A DNA stretch of 64,000 nucleotides, from positions 2,732-66,731 of the IMG/VR virus record IMGVR_UViG_3300040811_000504; one strand, given 5' to 3'. A program made the position numbers and the translations under genes. The notes beneath the pieces were generated by a model. It did not search any database. It was not told the DNA's origin and saw only the letters and a program-made list of their open reading frames with translations. Below, one piece after another: positions 1 to 9,282 of this stretch (position 1 is the first letter of the stretch; each line of letters starts with the position of its first letter). This DNA comes from a virus. Its lineage: Duplodnaviria; Caudoviricetes.

Positions 1-1894
1 AATTATCAGAATTCAATATGTTTTTCTCATCTAATAATGATGATTCCACTCTATCATCATCGATTTTTAAAGATTCTATGATTATTTTCTTACTCTTTAC
101 TTTCTTTTTCATATTTGATAACATAGAATTAGTTACCTCTTTATTCAATACTTCATTTGCGTTGTAAGAATGCCGTATTGAATCTGATTTTACATCAATT
201 CCTTTATTACCTAATGGGTCTCTACCAAATGGTGATTTATCTTTACCATATGTACCAGTTTCTTTGGGTCTACCTGCACCTTCATATCCACCTTCAGGTG
301 AACCACCTTCATTTTCACCAAAAGGAGAACCACCTTCACCACCATCATCACCACTTTGTTGTGATAACGCAGCTAAATCATGTGGAGTACCAAATGATTC
401 ACCAGTCTTAGCAGGGTCATTACCTTCTGATTCAATCTGTTCGTGTCTAAATCCAAGTTTCAAATCGTTGATAACTCTGTATTGTTCCATCTTCCACTCA
501 TCTTCACTCATATTGAATACGTTTTTATACATCCACTCTTGAGATAACATTTTAAGGTCTTTCATATCTCTAACTAAAGATACTTTTTCAGACCAAAGGT
601 TTGCTTTCTCTTGTTCGTAAATAATAGATGGTGTGGTAAGTTCTAATTCGAAGTTTACTAAATCCTCATTCTCATAACCCTGTGCATATAAGTGTACAAC
701 TGCAATCTTAGTTAATTCTGAAAGAACAATCTTTTGGATTCTCTCAACTGACCGTGCGAATCTGATATCTTCTTGTGCAAGAGTTGCTTTACCTTCAACA
801 CCTTCTTCGTATCCAATAAATGCTTTTGGAACTTTGAGTGCTGCCATCATTCTGTTCTTTAGGTATTCAATATCATCAATACCACCGAACTCCATACCAC
901 TAAGAGAATCAATCTCAGTACCACTCTGTCCACCTCTAACAGGCAGATAGTAATCTTCCAACATATTTTGAAGATTGAACTTTAGGTTGTACTCACCTGT
1001 TGTTTCATCAACATAAGGAACTTTCTTCATCTGGTCGATGATGTTCTGCATATATGTATCAACCTCTGCAGGTGGAATATTACCAATATCAATCTTAAAG
1101 ATTCTCTTTTCAGGTGCTCTCATAATTCTATGAATCATCATAGCATCTTCCATAAGAATTAATTGTTTCCAAGTCTTTCTGGCACCTTCTAATAGTGAAC
1201 GACCATAAGGTAGGAAGTTTGTATCTGTAAGTAATCTAAAGTGAGCTACTTGGAATGATTCTAAAAACTTAGTGTTGTTTCTTTGTGAGATTGCGTTTGT
1301 GTTTTGTTCTTCAACTTCGAAACGTACTGAGTATGGGTTATCCATATCGTAACCTTCTTCTCTTCTCGTTTCGTATGCTGATAATGGTGATGCGTTTACA
1401 ATTCCCAACTCATCATCAATATCTAAATACAAATAGTAATCACCATATTTGTTCATACCTCTAACCCAAGACCAAAGGTTGAACTCAATGTTCAATACAT
1501 CATAAAATAAGTTGTGAAGTGTTTTCTTTAGTTTCTCATCTGATGAGTTGATTCTGAGTACATCACCCATATCGTTTTTAAGTGTACACTCATCTGAGTA
1601 GATATCTAATACTGATGAAATAATGGAATCTTTATCCATTGCTTCATAATCAGTATATAGTTCTAATTTGTTTGAATGATAATTAAATCGTTCATTGTAG
1701 GTTTGCCAATTCTTTCGTGAATTTGAACCATGCAATCTACCATATCTATCGTAGTACGCTGAACCTCTACGATTACCATCACCTTGTAAGCGGGATGAAT
1801 CGACTACCTTTAATTTATTTTTACCGACCTTTCTTACAACTACTTGAGTTGAGAATAATCGTTGGAGTCTACTAAATAATGATTTATCTGCCAT
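1..1894 (-). CDS. Portal protein (T4 gp20-like), 631 aa; stop codon runs off the window edge
   Basis: Manual translation from ATG at 1894 (MADKSLFSRL...). Contains YGRSLLEGARKTWKQLILMEDAMMIHRIMRAPEKRIFKIDIGN and EDYYLPVRGG, typical of gp20-type portals. Adjacent to terL. Confidence 0.9.
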   Translation of the reverse strand, partial: MADKSLFSRLQRLFSTQVVVRKVGKNKLKVVDSSRLQGDGNRRGSAYYDRYGRLHGSNSRKNWQTYNERFNYHSNKLELYTDYEAMDKDSIISSVLDIYSDECTLKNDMGDVLRINSSDEKLKKTLHNLFYDVLNIEFNLWSWVRGMNKYGDYYLYLDIDDELGIVNASPLSAYETRREEGYDMDNPYSVRFEVEEQNTNAISQRNNTKFLESFQVAHFRLLTDTNFLPYGRSLLEGARKTWKQLILMEDAMMIHRIMRAPEKRIFKIDIGNIPPAEVDTYMQNIIDQMKKVPYVDETTGEYNLKFNLQNMLEDYYLPVRGGQSGTEIDSLSGMEFGGIDDIEYLKNRMMAALKVPKAFIGYEEGVEGKATLAQEDIRFARSVERIQKIVLSELTKIAVVHLYAQGYENEDLVNFELELTTPSIIYEQEKANLWSEKVSLVRDMKDLKMLSQEWMYKNVFNMSEDEWKMEQYRVINDLKLGFRHEQIESEGNDPAKTGESFGTPHDLAALSQQSGDDGGEGGSPFGENEGGSPEGGYEGAGRPKETGTYGKDKSPFGRDPLGNKGIDVKSDSIRHSYNANEVLNKEVTNSMLSNMKKKVKSKKIIIESLKIDDDRVESSLLDEKNILNSDN

Positions 1895-1928
1895 AATTTT
1901 TGTTCTTTATTACAATATCCCTACAAAC

Positions 1929-1937
1929 TATAAATAT
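1929..1937 (-). promoter_or_regulatory. Putative late promoter motif ATATTTAT(A), representative copy upstream of portal
   Basis: The same 8-mer occurs in 14 upstream positions (listed in findings). Confidence 0.55.
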
Positions 1938-1951
1938 GATAAAAAATAGAT

Positions 1952-3523
1952 TTACAATAACCAAGTTATATCTTCATCACCTCTACCAGTTTTTACCTTC
2001 CACGAATCTTTTCCTTTTGATTGATTCGTTCTGAATACACCTGTGTTTTTAGAAGTTAATGATAATGCTCTTTTATTGAGTTCGATACCCTGTTGCCTTA
2101 ATTTTAATGCGGTATCTCTTACCCATAGAGATGTTGAGAAGGAAATTACCAAGTCATCATTGTAACCCTGTTGTGCTTCTGCTCTACTACCATTCCAAAT
2201 GAATACAAACAATTCATCTATCAACCTTTTAGAACGAATAATAGGAACTCTTTCTCTCATATAGGTATCTAACTTAGATATCACCAATGGTCTGGTTCTA
2301 CTTGTCATTGAGAAACCAGGCACCATCTGAGATTTATCTTTTAAATCATATCCTTTTTGTAAATGAATATCATCATCTACATATCCAAACTCTTTGTAGG
2401 AATAATATAAGTTTGAATAATTTCTATCAATTGCTTCTTGGATTACTGCCCATCCAATATTTGCGTTTTCAATTACTAATAATGCATCGTTCCATTCGGT
2501 TGCAACATTTACCAACATATTACCATAATGTTTGGTTTCAATCTTACCTCTGTATTCTGCAACCTGTTCAACCGATTCTACATCAATAACGTGAAATGCC
2601 GAATAATCAGCACCATCTCCCCTCGCAACATCCGCTACCACAATGTAATCTTTTGCGTAGTTTGGTTGTTGCCAAATCCAATAGTTTCCATCAAACCCTC
2701 TTTTCTCAACCGGCTCTTGTACATGAGTTTCTTCATACCATTGTAGAAGTTGCCCATCAACAACTGTATAACCAGATGAAATGAAATCACAATCACATTC
2801 TTGTGCTGCCATCTTTTCACCCAATAGTTGAGTTTGTTCTGCTCTCCACTTTTTGTTTCGTTCTGGATGAACTGTCCAATGGAGTTTGATTGGATTCCAA
2901 CCATCACCCCCTTCACCCTTTAACCATGTCTTATGAAAGAAGTTACCAACCCCATTTGGAGTTGATAGTACAATTGCTTTACCACCAGTCGAAAGTGTTG
3001 ATTGTGCAGATGCCCAAATTGAATCAATACCTTTGATAAACGCAGCCTCATCAATAATCAACATTGATAGTGCTTCGGAACGACCCGCATCACCACTTGC
3101 TGATGTTGCTTTGATTGTTGAGCCATTACCTAACCTAAGTGATAGTTTGTTATCTTCTACGGTATCACCTCTTAACCAACTTGGTAGGTTCTCATGCATA
3201 TACCTAACTTTGGTAACTAAGTTTTTAGCTACCTCTTGTTTGGTTGCGATTACCAAAATGTTTTTATCTTCGTGGAATAACATCATCCATAATGAATAAC
3301 CTGCGGATAATGTTGAGATACCTAACTGACGGGATTTAAGGATTACATTGAATCGATGTTCATTGAACTCATCCATTACATCTTCTTGAAAAGGATACAA
3401 ATCAAATAGAATCTTTCCCCTTTTAGGATGTTGGATGTAACAATACTTTTTAAAAAAGTAAACTGGGTTTTGAGCACATTTAACGTACTCTTCTCTAATA
3501 AGTTCTTTTATACTCTGCCCCAT
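1952..3523 (-). CDS. terL: Terminase large subunit (T4 gp17-like)
   Basis: LYPFQ adenine motif, KSRQLGIST Walker A, LIIDEAAF Walker B, STPNG, nuclease DVARGDGADYS and NDDLV. Confidence 0.95.
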   Translation of the reverse strand: MGQSIKELIREEYVKCAQNPVYFFKKYCYIQHPKRGKILFDLYPFQEDVMDEFNEHRFNVILKSRQLGISTLSAGYSLWMMLFHEDKNILVIATKQEVAKNLVTKVRYMHENLPSWLRGDTVEDNKLSLRLGNGSTIKATSASGDAGRSEALSMLIIDEAAFIKGIDSIWASAQSTLSTGGKAIVLSTPNGVGNFFHKTWLKGEGGDGWNPIKLHWTVHPERNKKWRAEQTQLLGEKMAAQECDCDFISSGYTVVDGQLLQWYEETHVQEPVEKRGFDGNYWIWQQPNYAKDYIVVADVARGDGADYSAFHVIDVESVEQVAEYRGKIETKHYGNMLVNVATEWNDALLVIENANIGWAVIQEAIDRNYSNLYYSYKEFGYVDDDIHLQKGYDLKDKSQMVPGFSMTSRTRPLVISKLDTYMRERVPIIRSKRLIDELFVFIWNGSRAEAQQGYNDDLVISFSTSLWVRDTALKLRQQGIELNKRALSLTSKNTGVFRTNQSKGKDSWKVKTGRGDEDITWLL

Positions 3524-3526
3524 ATA

Positions 3527-4117
3527 CTACTTACCCAATTTCCATAGGAACTGAGTAGATAGTATTGGTTGTAAATTTTCATTGATACCAACTCCCAGTC
3601 CGAATGCTTGTTTTTTTCTTGTTCTATAAAGGAGTTGACCACCAACATAATTAAATTGATTTTGTGTACCATTTAAACCGAAACCAATATAAAATTCTCT
3701 TGGATTAATATATTTGGTTTCGGTAACGGTTACTGTTGGGTATATTAAATCGTATTGAATGTTTCTTGCCATAATTTTATTCTGAGATACACTATCAGTA
3801 ATTCGTAAATTTAACGAATCTAAATTCTGTACATCTTCATAAACATATGTTGCGAAATAATCTTCAAGTATAGATAGTGTATCAATCGGTTGTAGTACAT
3901 TTACTGTATCAACCTCTTTAACTATTCTTGTAACTACTTTTGGAATATACTTTGGAATCTCCTTTGTAATTGTATCATATTTTACTTCGGTTTTTGTAAC
4001 AATAGTTGGTTCAGTTGGTGTTACTTCACCACTACCACTACACTGTCTCATTAGTAAGATAACAATTATCAATACTAAGATTATTACATTTCTAATATCG
4101 CCGAAGTATTTATTCAT
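3527..4117 (-). CDS. Membrane-anchored hypothetical protein (possible lipoprotein or spanin-like)
   Basis: N-terminal hydrophobic helix followed by QC; C-terminal beta-rich segment. Confidence 0.45.
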   Translation of the reverse strand: MNKYFGDIRNVIILVLIIVILLMRQCSGSGEVTPTEPTIVTKTEVKYDTITKEIPKYIPKVVTRIVKEVDTVNVLQPIDTLSILEDYFATYVYEDVQNLDSLNLRITDSVSQNKIMARNIQYDLIYPTVTVTETKYINPREFYIGFGLNGTQNQFNYVGGQLLYRTRKKQAFGLGVGINENLQPILSTQFLWKLGK

Positions 4118-4540
4118 TTATTTTTTGTGATACAATCCGTACACCTTATTTACTAAGTTTGTTTTTGTTAAGTTAGAATCTAACTCAACTTTAAAATCTT
4201 TCTTAGCTAATTTAAGTAACTCATCTTTTTTCATTACTCTTAAAGAACTCTTTGTTGGTTTGGTTGACTTTCTACCCTTTCGTTTAGAACCCCCTGCTGC
4301 TTCTGCAACATCAACAATTTGTTCTTTTAAATCTTTTGCAGATTTTTTAACGTCTTTGAGTTCTTCTTTTACTCTCTTAACTCTACGTTTGGTTTCTGAT
4401 TTAACTTCCTCTACTTTGTCCTCAACAACATCAGGAATTAAATCACCATCTTCATCTTTAATCTTACCTGTCTTTTGTAAGATAACGATTGCTATTGCTA
4501 AAACTGTCGCAATCGCCAAAATAACTAAAATTGTGTTCAT
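4118..4540 (-). CDS. Membrane-anchored protein with C-terminal Rho-N/SAP-like helical domain
   Basis: N-terminal TM helix, charged coil, C-terminal MKKDELLKLAK...TKTNLVNKV. Confidence 0.5.
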   Translation of the reverse strand: MNTILVILAIATVLAIAIVILQKTGKIKDEDGDLIPDVVEDKVEEVKSETKRRVKRVKEELKDVKKSAKDLKEQIVDVAEAAGGSKRKGRKSTKPTKSSLRVMKKDELLKLAKKDFKVELDSNLTKTNLVNKVYGLYHKK

Positions 4541-4579
4541 AATAATACTTGTTTTAAGTTTAACTGTTTAGAATAAATA

Positions 4580-4867
4580 TTAAACTTTTTTTAATAAACG
4601 TATTTTTAGATTTGTATCACCTTTTATGATTCTGTGATACTCTAACTTTTTGATACTGATTGTATCACCCTCTTTTAATTCGAATGGTAGTTCATCATCG
4701 TATTGAAACTTCCAACCCTTACCTTCTAAGATTGTAACTTCTCTATCTTCTTTATCTCTGTGCCAAACCAATTCTGATGAATCGGTATCTACTGAGAATT
4801 CTCTAATGTAAGTATTGTTTCCTTTACTTACTTCGTTGTATGGATTACCACCACTGTCCACCACCAC
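4580..4867 (-). CDS. Small cupin-fold protein
   Basis: WHRD...E...LEG.GW and YHRII cupin metal motifs. Confidence 0.6.
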   Translation of the reverse strand: MVVDSGGNPYNEVSKGNNTYIREFSVDTDSSELVWHRDKEDREVTILEGKGWKFQYDDELPFELKEGDTISIKKLEYHRIIKGDTNLKIRLLKKV

Positions 4868-5375
4868 TTAAACCTAATGATTTTGCGTAACGAGGTAATC
4901 TACAACTCCAATATGATGCAGTTGTTTTATCTTTGGTTTGTTCACATTTGTGTCTTGCTTTGAAAGCTGCTTTTGCTTTCGGGTCTTTTAACTTAACAGC
5001 CAATTTACCACCACCACTATCTGCACCAAATGTAATCTTACGAATGTTTCCACTCTTTGGGTCTTTTACATATACTTTGAACTTACCACCACCACTATTG
5101 TTTCTCATTGGTTTTGATAGTTCAACTTTCTTACCCTGATATTCTGCCTCTACTAACATTGGAAAATCTAAAAGTACATCGTTACCTTCGTATACACCAA
5201 CCTTACCGATATCAGAACTTAGAAACATATCTAAATCTTCTGAAACTACTTCTAATTTTAATGCTCTTAAATCGTTATAGTACTCAAAGAATTTTGTAGA
5301 ACCATATCTGTATGGGTTTTTGTGTAATGCGATTTTATTATCCACATTGTACATTATACCTTCGTTGATTTTCAT
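4845..5375 (-). CDS. Conserved basic phage protein, probably head-packaged
   Basis: KFKVYVKDPKSGNIRKITFG...FKARHKC...ASYWSCR resembles a conserved myophage hypothetical; MKINE start and LVEAE linker. Confidence 0.55.
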   Translation of the reverse strand: MKINEGIMYNVDNKIALHKNPYRYGSTKFFEYYNDLRALKLEVVSEDLDMFLSSDIGKVGVYEGNDVLLDFPMLVEAEYQGKKVELSKPMRNNSGGGKFKVYVKDPKSGNIRKITFGADSGGGKLAVKLKDPKAKAAFKARHKCEQTKDKTTASYWSCRLPRYAKSLGLSGGGQWW

Positions 5376-5386
5376 AATATGATTCC

Positions 5387-7711
5387 TTAGTTAATATATG
5401 ATGTTAATTCGAATTTACCACTATCCATTCCATATAATGAAATGTTTAATGCTTTTCTTTGTGGTTTGCCATTCTTTGTTAATCCAACTGAGAATGAATG
5501 TGTTTTACCAACACCTGGTCTTAAACGATTGTGTTTACCACCCATTGCGATTTGAGTTTGCCAATCATCTTCATCAATTTCAAAACCTTTTTTCTCAGCG
5601 TACTTTCTTGCAGCATCTGCTGCATCCGATGCAGATTTATAATAATCTTCATTTATTGATTCTGAAAATTGTTTGATTATTTTCTTTTGAACTGGATTTC
5701 CTGGTCTACCTGCTAATGCTGATACAATTGCCATTCTTTCTGGAAGTTTACCCTTTTCAACAAATTTAAGAAGTTTAGTAATATTTAATCCATGTTTAGA
5801 AACGAAATCCTCAACTGCTTCGGGTCTTGTACCTGTGTAGTATGCAATCTTTTTGATTTGTGGTTCAATACCTTCATTCACCTTTACACCAACGGGTTTG
5901 TTAGATTTTACAACCATTCCCTTACCACCATCTTTCTCAACTGATTTTAAGAATTTCTTAGCATCAACTTCTTTTGTATATGCAGCCGAAGAAGGTTTTA
6001 CATTTCTATTAGGTAAGTCTTTTTTAACTTTGTACATTACTACAAATACTTTATCCTTACCTTCGTTTACTGATTCACCTAATGACTTACCATGTAGTTT
6101 ATGTAATTGTTTGATTGTATTTGTATTTTTAAGTTCCATGTGGTCACCTTCGAAATCTACAAAGTAATACTTATCACCATCAACATATACATAATTAACA
6201 CCTGGCATATAACCACCAAGACCATTAACCTTAATCTTTTTCATTCCTTTTAGAAACTTCTTAGAGGTAGGATTAACTTTTTGTGCTTCGTTTACTGATT
6301 TTATTATTTCATTTAATCTATTAGTTCGTTCTGTTAGAAATCTAAGTTTAGTCTTATCACCTTTATATTTCTTAGTTAAAGCAGATAAGTAATTTCTGAA
6401 TAGGGTGAAGTTTTGTAGTATATCACCTCTTGTTGGTTTAATTTGAGCATCACTTCCATTATCTCCACGAACAGCTTTCATAGCATCTAAAAACTTATCA
6501 TCTAACACTTTAAGATAATCAACAAATGTCATATCTTTTGCTTCGTTTACTGATTCATTTTTCTTAATTTGTTTTTTTAACTTATCAATTTCTTTTTTTA
6601 CTTTAGAAACTAATGGTTTGTATTGGTCATCATTTGTAATATATCCTAATAAACTTTCAAATTTAGATATTTTTTGTAATACTTCTTTTTCAACTCTACC
6701 TTCGTTTACTGATTCTCTCACATATTTCTTCCAGTCATTGTATTCAGGTGCCATTCCGACGGGTTGTATGTATTTTACTAACTCTCTCTGGTCTCTTAGT
6801 TCATAGATTGATGTAGCGAATTTTGATTTCAAATCAACGTAAAAATGTTCACCATAGTAATCAATAACATATGCACCCTTCTTACCTTTAAGGTAACCAT
6901 CTTTATTATGAAGTAAAACACCAGTAGCACCAGTTGGGTTTGATTGTGATTCAATATATTTTACAGGTGCATCTTTGATTAGCTGATAGTACTTGTGCCC
7001 TCTACGTGGTTCAACCATACCTTCATTCTTTTTTTCATCTGAACTTTTGCCAAATGTAGAATGTACTAACTTATCTAACTTCTTATGAAATTCATCTTCT
7101 TCCGTAGACGTTGCTTCACTTTTTTTAGTTCTCCAACCACCACCTGCTGCTTTGTATTGTTTTGCTGCCCAAGCATTTGCATATGCTGATGGGTATACAT
7201 CGAACTTCTTCTTTGCCTGTGATTTGTAGTAAGACCATTTAGATGGATTAGTTGGAACATTCTCTTCAGTAAGTTTCATTACTCTTTCTTCCAAACCCTT
7301 TTCTTTTACTACTTTCTCAATCGTATCAACGTGTCCTTGTATGTAATCATGTTCTTTTTCTAATCCCATCAGTTTAGCCATCTTCATAATGTTCTTAGCG
7401 ATGTTTTTAGCAACCATTACATAATCTCTTTCTGGTTTATATCCATCTCTTTGGATATGTTCTTCTACAAAGTAAAGTGCATCTTGTAATCTTGCACTTC
7501 TTTCAGCCATATCCATATCAACACCTTTAGATTCTATATCACCATATAGTTTTGATGCACCTGGACAAACGTGGAAATATTTTGTTTGATAATTTCCTAC
7601 TGAAATTTCTTGTGGGTCATTTTCATCTTCACCCATTTGACTCATATCTTCATACTCATGTGAGTGAGTTACCTCTTTAATGTAGTTATTTACCCATTCA
7701 TTTAATTTCAT
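5387..7711 (-). CDS. 774-aa modular polyprotein with repeated (E)SVNE linkers; putative internal head protein precursor
   Basis: Modules separated by ESVNE/KSVNE/ESINE/KVNE/KKNE; includes the AKKKFDVYPSAYANAWAAKQYKAAGGGW module seen in myophage hypotheticals. Confidence 0.6.
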   Translation of the reverse strand: MKLNEWVNNYIKEVTHSHEYEDMSQMGEDENDPQEISVGNYQTKYFHVCPGASKLYGDIESKGVDMDMAERSARLQDALYFVEEHIQRDGYKPERDYVMVAKNIAKNIMKMAKLMGLEKEHDYIQGHVDTIEKVVKEKGLEERVMKLTEENVPTNPSKWSYYKSQAKKKFDVYPSAYANAWAAKQYKAAGGGWRTKKSEATSTEEDEFHKKLDKLVHSTFGKSSDEKKNEGMVEPRRGHKYYQLIKDAPVKYIESQSNPTGATGVLLHNKDGYLKGKKGAYVIDYYGEHFYVDLKSKFATSIYELRDQRELVKYIQPVGMAPEYNDWKKYVRESVNEGRVEKEVLQKISKFESLLGYITNDDQYKPLVSKVKKEIDKLKKQIKKNESVNEAKDMTFVDYLKVLDDKFLDAMKAVRGDNGSDAQIKPTRGDILQNFTLFRNYLSALTKKYKGDKTKLRFLTERTNRLNEIIKSVNEAQKVNPTSKKFLKGMKKIKVNGLGGYMPGVNYVYVDGDKYYFVDFEGDHMELKNTNTIKQLHKLHGKSLGESVNEGKDKVFVVMYKVKKDLPNRNVKPSSAAYTKEVDAKKFLKSVEKDGGKGMVVKSNKPVGVKVNEGIEPQIKKIAYYTGTRPEAVEDFVSKHGLNITKLLKFVEKGKLPERMAIVSALAGRPGNPVQKKIIKQFSESINEDYYKSASDAADAARKYAEKKGFEIDEDDWQTQIAMGGKHNRLRPGVGKTHSFSVGLTKNGKPQRKALNISLYGMDSGKFELTSYIN
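6061..6715 (-). repeat. In-frame 16-bp direct repeat GAATCAGTAAACGAAG (coding strand), 4 copies plus 1 degenerate
   Basis: Copies at 6061-6076, 6286-6301 (1 mismatch), 6541-6556 and 6700-6715; degenerate copy at 5647-5662. Confidence 0.9.
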
Positions 7712-7720
7712 AGTATTACC

Positions 7721-8008
7721 TTACTTTAATTTTTTAGAAATAGAATAAAAATCTAAAACAAACCCATATCCAGCACCATTATAAGTTCTATCAATTTCCA
7801 TTGGTAATTTTAATTTACTCTCCAATACTTTTAGAATGATATAATCAATCAATTCATCACCACCTGCTCGCGCAGCAATAGCACTTTGTAATTTATCTAA
7901 ATCCTTAGATGATTTAGCCATTGCAACTAAACCTTTATTTTTTATTTGGGGAGTGATGTTAAAATCTACGTTATATTTCTCACTACCTGCTTTGATATTT
8001 ACTTTCAT
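7721..8008 (-). CDS. Hypothetical protein
   Basis: In-strand ORF, tightly packed. Confidence 0.6.
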   Translation of the reverse strand: MKVNIKAGSEKYNVDFNITPQIKNKGLVAMAKSSKDLDKLQSAIAARAGGDELIDYIILKVLESKLKLPMEIDRTYNGAGYGFVLDFYSISKKLK

Positions 8009-8010
8009 TA

Positions 8011-8427
8011 TTATGCTCCAGTTTTACTGTTTGTTGGTGTTTTACCTTTATTACGATTTCCACCTTTTTTAGAATCACCGGCTTTCTTTTGTGCTGCACG
8101 TTTTCTTCTTACAAATGTGGCTCTACCTTTTGGTCCTAATTTGTTGGCTTTCTCTTTCGATAAACAAGCAGCATATGCACCACCTTCTTCACCATCACCA
8201 CACTTACCTAACTTCTGACCATCCGAACCATATCTATCCCAACCACCACCACTTGCAGTACCAGTCTTTCCTTTACCGAACCATTTTCTTAAATCTTCAG
8301 TCATCATATTCTTTTGAATCAGATGTTCGTACATATCAGATTTTACATACTCTAACGCAAGTGATTCTTCTACGCCATCTTTAGTGTAGGTTTCATATAC
8401 GTTCTGAATGTACTCTCTTAGATTCAT
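8011..8427 (-). CDS. Conserved basic phage protein, probably head-packaged
   Basis: MNLRE start; EDLRKWFGKG...GGGW...GKCG...C.SK..A...FVRRKRA motif known from myophage hypotheticals. Confidence 0.55.
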   Translation of the reverse strand: MNLREYIQNVYETYTKDGVEESLALEYVKSDMYEHLIQKNMMTEDLRKWFGKGKTGTASGGGWDRYGSDGQKLGKCGDGEEGGAYAACLSKEKANKLGPKGRATFVRRKRAAQKKAGDSKKGGNRNKGKTPTNSKTGA

Positions 8428-8672
8428 TTATTTTCTTCTTCTTTCTTACCCCAAATCTTATCAACTGATGCTAATCCTAATGCTCCAAATGCAAGAGCTG
8501 CAACTGCGTTGATTAAAACGGGTGAAGGTGCAATGTGTTCTTCAGTAAATTGGTTTGCGAATAAAGTTACACATAATGATAACCCTGCAATGATACCAAT
8601 AAATCTTTTTGATGAAGGTGTACCCTTTTCATCTTTTAATAATCCTGAAATCCAGTTAATTACTTTCTTCAT
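8424..8672 (-). CDS. Small two-TM membrane protein (holin-like)
   Basis: SSKR followed by two hydrophobic helices and a charged C-terminus. Confidence 0.45.
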   Translation of the reverse strand: MKKVINWISGLLKDEKGTPSSKRFIGIIAGLSLCVTLFANQFTEEHIAPSPVLINAVAALAFGALGLASVDKIWGKKEEENK

Positions 8673-9249
8673 TTTGTTCTCCCTTTAGTTTATCAATGAA
8701 GTTTGTTTTAAACTTCTCAAAACCATCATCAATCTTAGCAGTGATTTCATCTTCAGATAAACCATCCCATTCTTCAATAGAACCATCCTCATTAATGAAT
8801 GATGCTTTGATTGTTGTTTTTAGAACTTCTTTTTCTATTTCAGCCTGTTTCAACCAAGACTCAGCATTATTTAAAAGTTTTGTACGTTCGTATTCTTCGT
8901 ACTCCCCTTTTAATTTTAAATCATGCTCCATATCAGTAACACAATCTAAACACATACCATGATATGCCTTCATCTTTAAATCAGCAGAACCAGGGTCTGT
9001 ACAAGTACAAACATCTTTTTTACAATTTGGAAATCCTTTTAACTCTTCTCTTAGTTTGGCGAGTTTCCCAACCTTTACTTTGTAACCTTTACGTTGTTCC
9101 CATCGTTGACCTTTATCATCAGTCCAAACTTCTCCAACTTCTCTTCTTACAACTTCTTTTGTATCAAACGCAACCGTCTTTTTAGTTTGGGTTTTGTGTT
9201 TACCCTCTAACATTTCACTAACTGCTTTGATGTTCTTTAATTTTGCCAT
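8656..9249 (-). CDS. Hypothetical protein with Cys cluster (possible Zn-binding)
   Basis: CKKDVCTC...CLDC. Confidence 0.55.
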   Translation of the reverse strand: MAKLKNIKAVSEMLEGKHKTQTKKTVAFDTKEVVRREVGEVWTDDKGQRWEQRKGYKVKVGKLAKLREELKGFPNCKKDVCTCTDPGSADLKMKAYHGMCLDCVTDMEHDLKLKGEYEEYERTKLLNNAESWLKQAEIEKEVLKTTIKASFINEDGSIEEWDGLSEDEITAKIDDGFEKFKTNFIDKLKGEQNEESN

Positions 9250-9282
9250 AACTTTATTTTGTATATAAATATCTAAATATAT

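Noticed and set aside
1952-3523. Intein or intron in terL, thyA or primase
   Set aside because: Lengths are ordinary, there are no splicing motifs and the frames are uninterrupted; the short thyA insert has no endonuclease motif.
5647-6715. 16-bp repeats as a CRISPR array or DGR template/variable repeats
   Set aside because: They are in-frame coding linkers; there is no reverse transcriptase and no adenine-specific mismatch pattern.
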